This document shows positions 60,309-64,000 of a stretch of 64,000 bases of DNA, in pieces. This DNA comes from Camelus dromedarius (Eukaryota), in NCBI RefSeq assembly GCF_036321535.1, contig NC_087442.1, positions 36,146,001 to 36,210,000 of the forward strand, in the 5' to 3' direction. Position 1 is the stretch's first letter; every line of letters begins with the position of its first letter. The notes below the pieces were generated by a model. The model had not been told where the DNA came from, did not search any database, and saw nothing but the letters and a program-made list of their open reading frames with translations. A program made the position numbers and the translations under genes.

Positions 60309-60480
60309 AGTGTTTCTCAGCCGGAGAGCTGTGGAACCCTGATGGCTTTACTGGGGCACTCAGGGGTCATTAGAAAGAGTTGACAGCAGATCTGAATCCC
60401 CCCAGCTTCCTTCAACTGTAGGAGCTGCACTTTTATCTGTTTTATCCATCCAATGGCTGCATTTAATTTCACTTAAAAAA
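60309..60480. mobile_element. hAT-Charlie (MER102-like) fragment
   Basis: ctagaa|cagtgtttctcagcc...gtggaaccctg...cttcaactgtaggagctgcacttttatctgttttat. Confidence 0.6.
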
Positions 60481-60672
60481 GAAAAAGAGAGAATGATTGT
60501 ATCTTAAATAAGGGCTACTGGGATGCTTTTAGATAGGAAATTTTAGACTTTTAGCAGCCTAGCATAGACAGAGGACACCTGATGACATTTTGAAGTTTTT
60601 AAGAAGAGAAATGATTTAAAATGTCTGCTTTCCACCTGATTTTTTTCCCGTTAAATGTTTCTGAAGAGGCAC

Positions 60673-61294
60673 TGTGTTCATTTCCTAGAACTACCATAAC
60701 AAAGCACCACAAACCAGGTGGCTTAGAACAGTGGAAATGTATTGTCTCACAGCTCTGGGCACTAGCGGTCCAAAATCAAGGTGTCAGTAGGCCCACGCTC
60801 CTTCTGAAACCTGTAGGGGAATTTCCCCTTTCCTCTTACTAGCTTCTGGTGGTTTGCTAGCAGTCCTTGGAGTTCCTAGGCTTACAGCTGCATAATTCTC
60901 TTTTTCTGTTTTTAAAGTCTTTTTTCAACTTTTTTTTGAGGGGGTGAATAATTAGGTTTCTTTCTTTCTTTTTAGAGAAGGTACTGGGGATTGAACCCAG
61001 GACCTTGTGCATGGTAAGTGTTCACTCTACCACTTGAGCTATCTCCTTCCCCCCAGCTGCATAATTCTAATCTCTGCCTTTCTCATCGTAAGACGTTCTC
61101 CCTGTGTGTGTCACACTGCCGTCTTTTCATTAAAAAAAAGTTATACTGGATTAGGGGCCCACCCTACTGCAGTGTGACCTCATCTTACCTAATTACATCT
61201 GCAGTGACCCTATTTCCAAGGAAGGTCATATTCTGAGGCATTGACATCCGGACTTTGACCTGTATTTGGGGAGAACACAATTTAACCCATAACA
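60673..61294 (-). mobile_element. MLT1C-like ERVL-MaLR solo LTR interrupted by a SINE
   Basis: Right end aacacaatttaacccataaca is the reverse complement of the MLT1 start. Perfect 5-bp TSD ggcac at 60668-72 and 61295-99. About 453 bp after removing the SINE and one TSD copy. Confidence 0.93.
60900..61053 (-). mobile_element. Vic-1-type camelid tRNA-derived SINE
   Basis: Minus strand GGGGGGAAGGAGATAGCTCAAGTGGTAGAG...GGTCCTGGGTTCAATCCCCAGTACC: A box TAGCTCAAGTGG, B box GGTTCAATCCC, tail aacctaatta...ccccc plus A-rich. Perfect 15-bp TSD cagctgcataattct at 60885-99 and 61054-68. Confidence 0.92.
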
Positions 61295-62883
61295 GGCACT
61301 ATGGATTTTCAGGATATAGTTCTTCTGCTTACCCTCCGCACCCTCAGAGACACCAGATGTCTCTAACTTTCTCTTGCAGCAGCTGCCACCAGTTCCTTTG
61401 CTGGAGTGGATGAGCTCTTGTTGTGCTTTTTGGAGTAGTTACATAGTCTCAGCTTCTTGGAAACTTGATCTCCACACCCTTGACTGTGCACCTTCTAATA
61501 AGAGCACAAGAACGTCAGAATGTGATGCGCTTCTGTGAGGGAATAAGGCTGCTTGGGCACTGAGTGTCAGGGGAGAATTCTTGGAGTGCTTGTGCTGGGA
61601 AGCTGGGTTCGCCACCTGAATAGGCAGCCTCAGTAGAACTACTGGATTGCTGGCTTTCCCTTTGTGCTTTAATGTGCTCTGAGCAAGATAGTAGGCAGGC
61701 TGGCTCACCATGTAAGGAGATCAGAGAGAGAGAGAGGGAGAGAGAGAGGAGAAAGGTACTTCCTCCAAGTTTGCAGTTAGGCCAGTTGGATATTGGGTAC
61801 ATTTTTAGAAGAGACAAACAATACCTTCATAACCTCTCAGGAGAAATTTGCAGTGATGGAGTCTGCGGTGGTGTTCATCATGGTTGAGCAGTAACAGGAG
61901 ATGTCCAAGATGGAAGACCTGAAACTTCCCTGTGTGCCCGGCATCTCACTCAAGTGATGAGAGGTGAGGAATGAGTTTCCTCACGCTCAGACCTTGGAGA
62001 CAGCCGGGGTCTTTGTCTCTAAGCCTTAGTTGAACTACCTCTACGAGTCCCCTTTAGCATTTCTCTGGCTGTCGGCAATTTTAGGTTTTTTCTAGTGACA
62101 CCAGTGGAGCATTGCAAAATCCAAAAGTTTTCCAAGGACGTTTCCTCTTATGAGCATCTGTATTGTCAAGGAGAAAAAAATTGTTTTGCCCATTATTAAC
62201 CTTCATGCTAATTGTTTCTTTTTTCATCTCCTAATCATCAAAAGCACATGTTTTCATTTCCATTTCAATCATTTCAATTACTTGCATCCAAGGCAGAAAT
62301 AATCCCAATGTTATTAACTTTCATAATGCCCCAAAGTAAGCGGCTCTTAGCCTTACCTAGCCATACCTGAAGGTTCTCTTTTCCCCTGAAAGGCACTCCC
62401 ACCAGGTTTGCTTCCCCAGGTGTGTTCAGGGAGAGAGCAACAGTGTGAATGCTGTAAAGCTGGTGTCCTTCCCTACCTGCAGAGTTTCAAAAGCAAAGGC
62501 AGATGTTGTCCACTCCTCAGACCACTCTAGCTCCTGGGCCAATTAGGAAAGTATTTCATCAGCCTCGATCACTGTCTTGGTTGGAGGAAGGGTTGAATTA
62601 AATGTGCACATAATAAGGTTGGTTTGTAGGATGCCAGGAAAGTGACTTACCTTCTGAGTTGTCCCCAGGTCTCCGCATTCCTGCCCCTTGTCATGTCAGC
62701 CCAGTTTCTACAAGACCTTGTTGTCTCTTCCTGGTGCTACACATTTCCTCCAAGAGTGAGACCCACCCTCAACCCAGCTCCCTTGGCTTCACTCCCATAG
62801 GACTCTCTCCAGCCCCTGTACCCACCCAAAGCTCCTGGGATCCTACCAGGAGAGCTAGATCAGCAAATTTCAAACATTTCCAC

Positions 62884-63095
62884 NNNNNNNNNNNNNNNNN
62901 NNNNNNNNNNNNNNNNNNNNNNNNNNNNNNNNNNNNNNNNNNNNNNNNNNNNNNNNNNNNNNNNNNNNNNNNNNNNNNNNNNNNNNNNNNNNNNNNNNNN
63001 NNNNNNNNNNNNNNNNNNNNNNNNNNNNNNNNNNNNNNNNNNNNNNNNNNNNNNNNNNNNNNNNNNNNNNNNNNNNNNNNNNNNNNNNNNNNNNN
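62884..63095. other. Assembly gap (212 N)
   Basis: Run of N. Confidence 1.
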
Positions 63096-64000
63096 GAAAC
63101 TCTTAAAAGCAGAGCTGTTCTCACTTAAATGGCAGGGGGCAACTTGCCATCCTGCCCCTTGGTCCTCTGAGGTGAATCCCTCTACCTCTTTTGAACACAA
63201 TGTTAAAATGACAGACCTGAAACCATGAGACCTCTGGTCTGCCTGGGACTCTCACCTTCCCTGCATTCTGCTCTCCAGCCCCCTACCTTCTTTGCCTAGT
63301 AGTTGGAGACCCCCAAACTCCCCAAGTCTTTCACGTGTCTGGAAGGTTTCCATGGAATTGCCCTTCTTCTCACAGAGACAGAGCCCTTGAACGCATGAGA
63401 GTGTTACCCTCATCCTAGTGCCCTGTTTCTGGAGCTCTCTCCTCCCAAGGGCTCGTGTTAATCATACACCTGTCACTGTAGCTCACCTGAGCACACAGAG
63501 TATTTCACAGAGAGCTTTTAAGGTGTGTGTGGATAGACAAGCTTGGGTCACTTTTGTTCAAACAATTGTGGTTCCACCATTAACTTCTTACCTTGGGGGA
63601 TTGGTGGGAGATACAATTAATTCATCTTCTCACACTCAAGTTCCAAGAGAAGAGCGTAGACTTAGAGCCCTCCCTGTTCTTCAACTAAAAAATGACCTGG
63701 TCTTCCTGGAAGAAAGTAACTAGTCATTCCTATCAGGGGTGTCTTGGACCAAATGGATTAGTGTCCTTAAAACTATCATAGTTGCACTCTGCTCCTATAA
63801 AATTTTAGGTATAGGCAGTCTGTGACATTGTGAGCAGGCATATCTGAGCAAGCTTGGAATATAGTCATTCCCAGCCTGCAGCCTGGACTTCTGAAGTCTT
63901 CTCCAAGTAGGGTGAGGGGCATAAAAGGTAATTTCCACCCCTATATGCTTTTTGAGACCAAGGTTGACTAAGCCAAATGGGCATCTCAGTGCACCTCTAT

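Noticed and set aside
60975-61053. tRNA gene
   Set aside because: A and B boxes are present, but there is an A-rich tail, a TSD and a non-tRNA 3' part. It is a tRNA-derived SINE, not a tRNA.
62884-63095. Content of the second N gap and the ORFs spanning it
   Set aside because: The sequence is unknown; the 189-, 143- and 84-aa ORFs are artefacts of N translation.
1-64000. ORFs of 60-190 aa in the supplied track as protein-coding genes
   Set aside because: None resembles a host protein I recognise. Many start at TTG/GTG, overlap repeats or microsatellites, or are inflated by N runs. Their lengths are within chance expectation for six frames of 64 kb.
1-64000. CRISPR arrays, operons, prokaryotic defence systems, rRNA, processed pseudogenes
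   Set aside because: The sequence is mammalian. I saw no regularly spaced repeat-spacer array, no rRNA-like segment and no recognisable retrocopy with a polyA tail and TSD.

Overview
Mammalian genomic DNA, almost certainly camelid (alpaca/llama/camel). The evidence is a Vic-1-type tRNA-derived SINE at 60900-61053 and a Laurasiatheria-type L1 3'UTR. The window reads as intronic or intergenic. A large part is old transposon relics (L2, MIR, L1ME, L3/CR1, hAT-Charlie MITEs, MLT1 LTRs), with a few younger insertions (SINE, L1, ERV1-like solo LTR) and microsatellites. There are two N gaps. No ORF in the supplied track matches a host protein I recognise; the only recognisable peptide motifs come from L1 and L2 ORF2. 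The best candidate for host function is a repeat-free, motif-dense block at about 16.2-17.1 kb. It looks like a plus-strand alternative promoter/first exon: RFX X-box, paired CCAAT boxes, TCF/LEF sites, a strong-Kozak ATG encoding MDLREL, and a GTGAGT donor. I could not identify the host gene. Other notable items are an internally deleted L1 whose junction may be a splice, a 39-bp dispersed duplication, a ~2.7-kb L2 relic, a strong CTCF motif and a motif cluster at 52.3-52.6 kb. I found no evidence of a novel multi-gene system. Repeat family names come from recalled consensus similarity, not a database search, and boundaries of old repeats are approximate.
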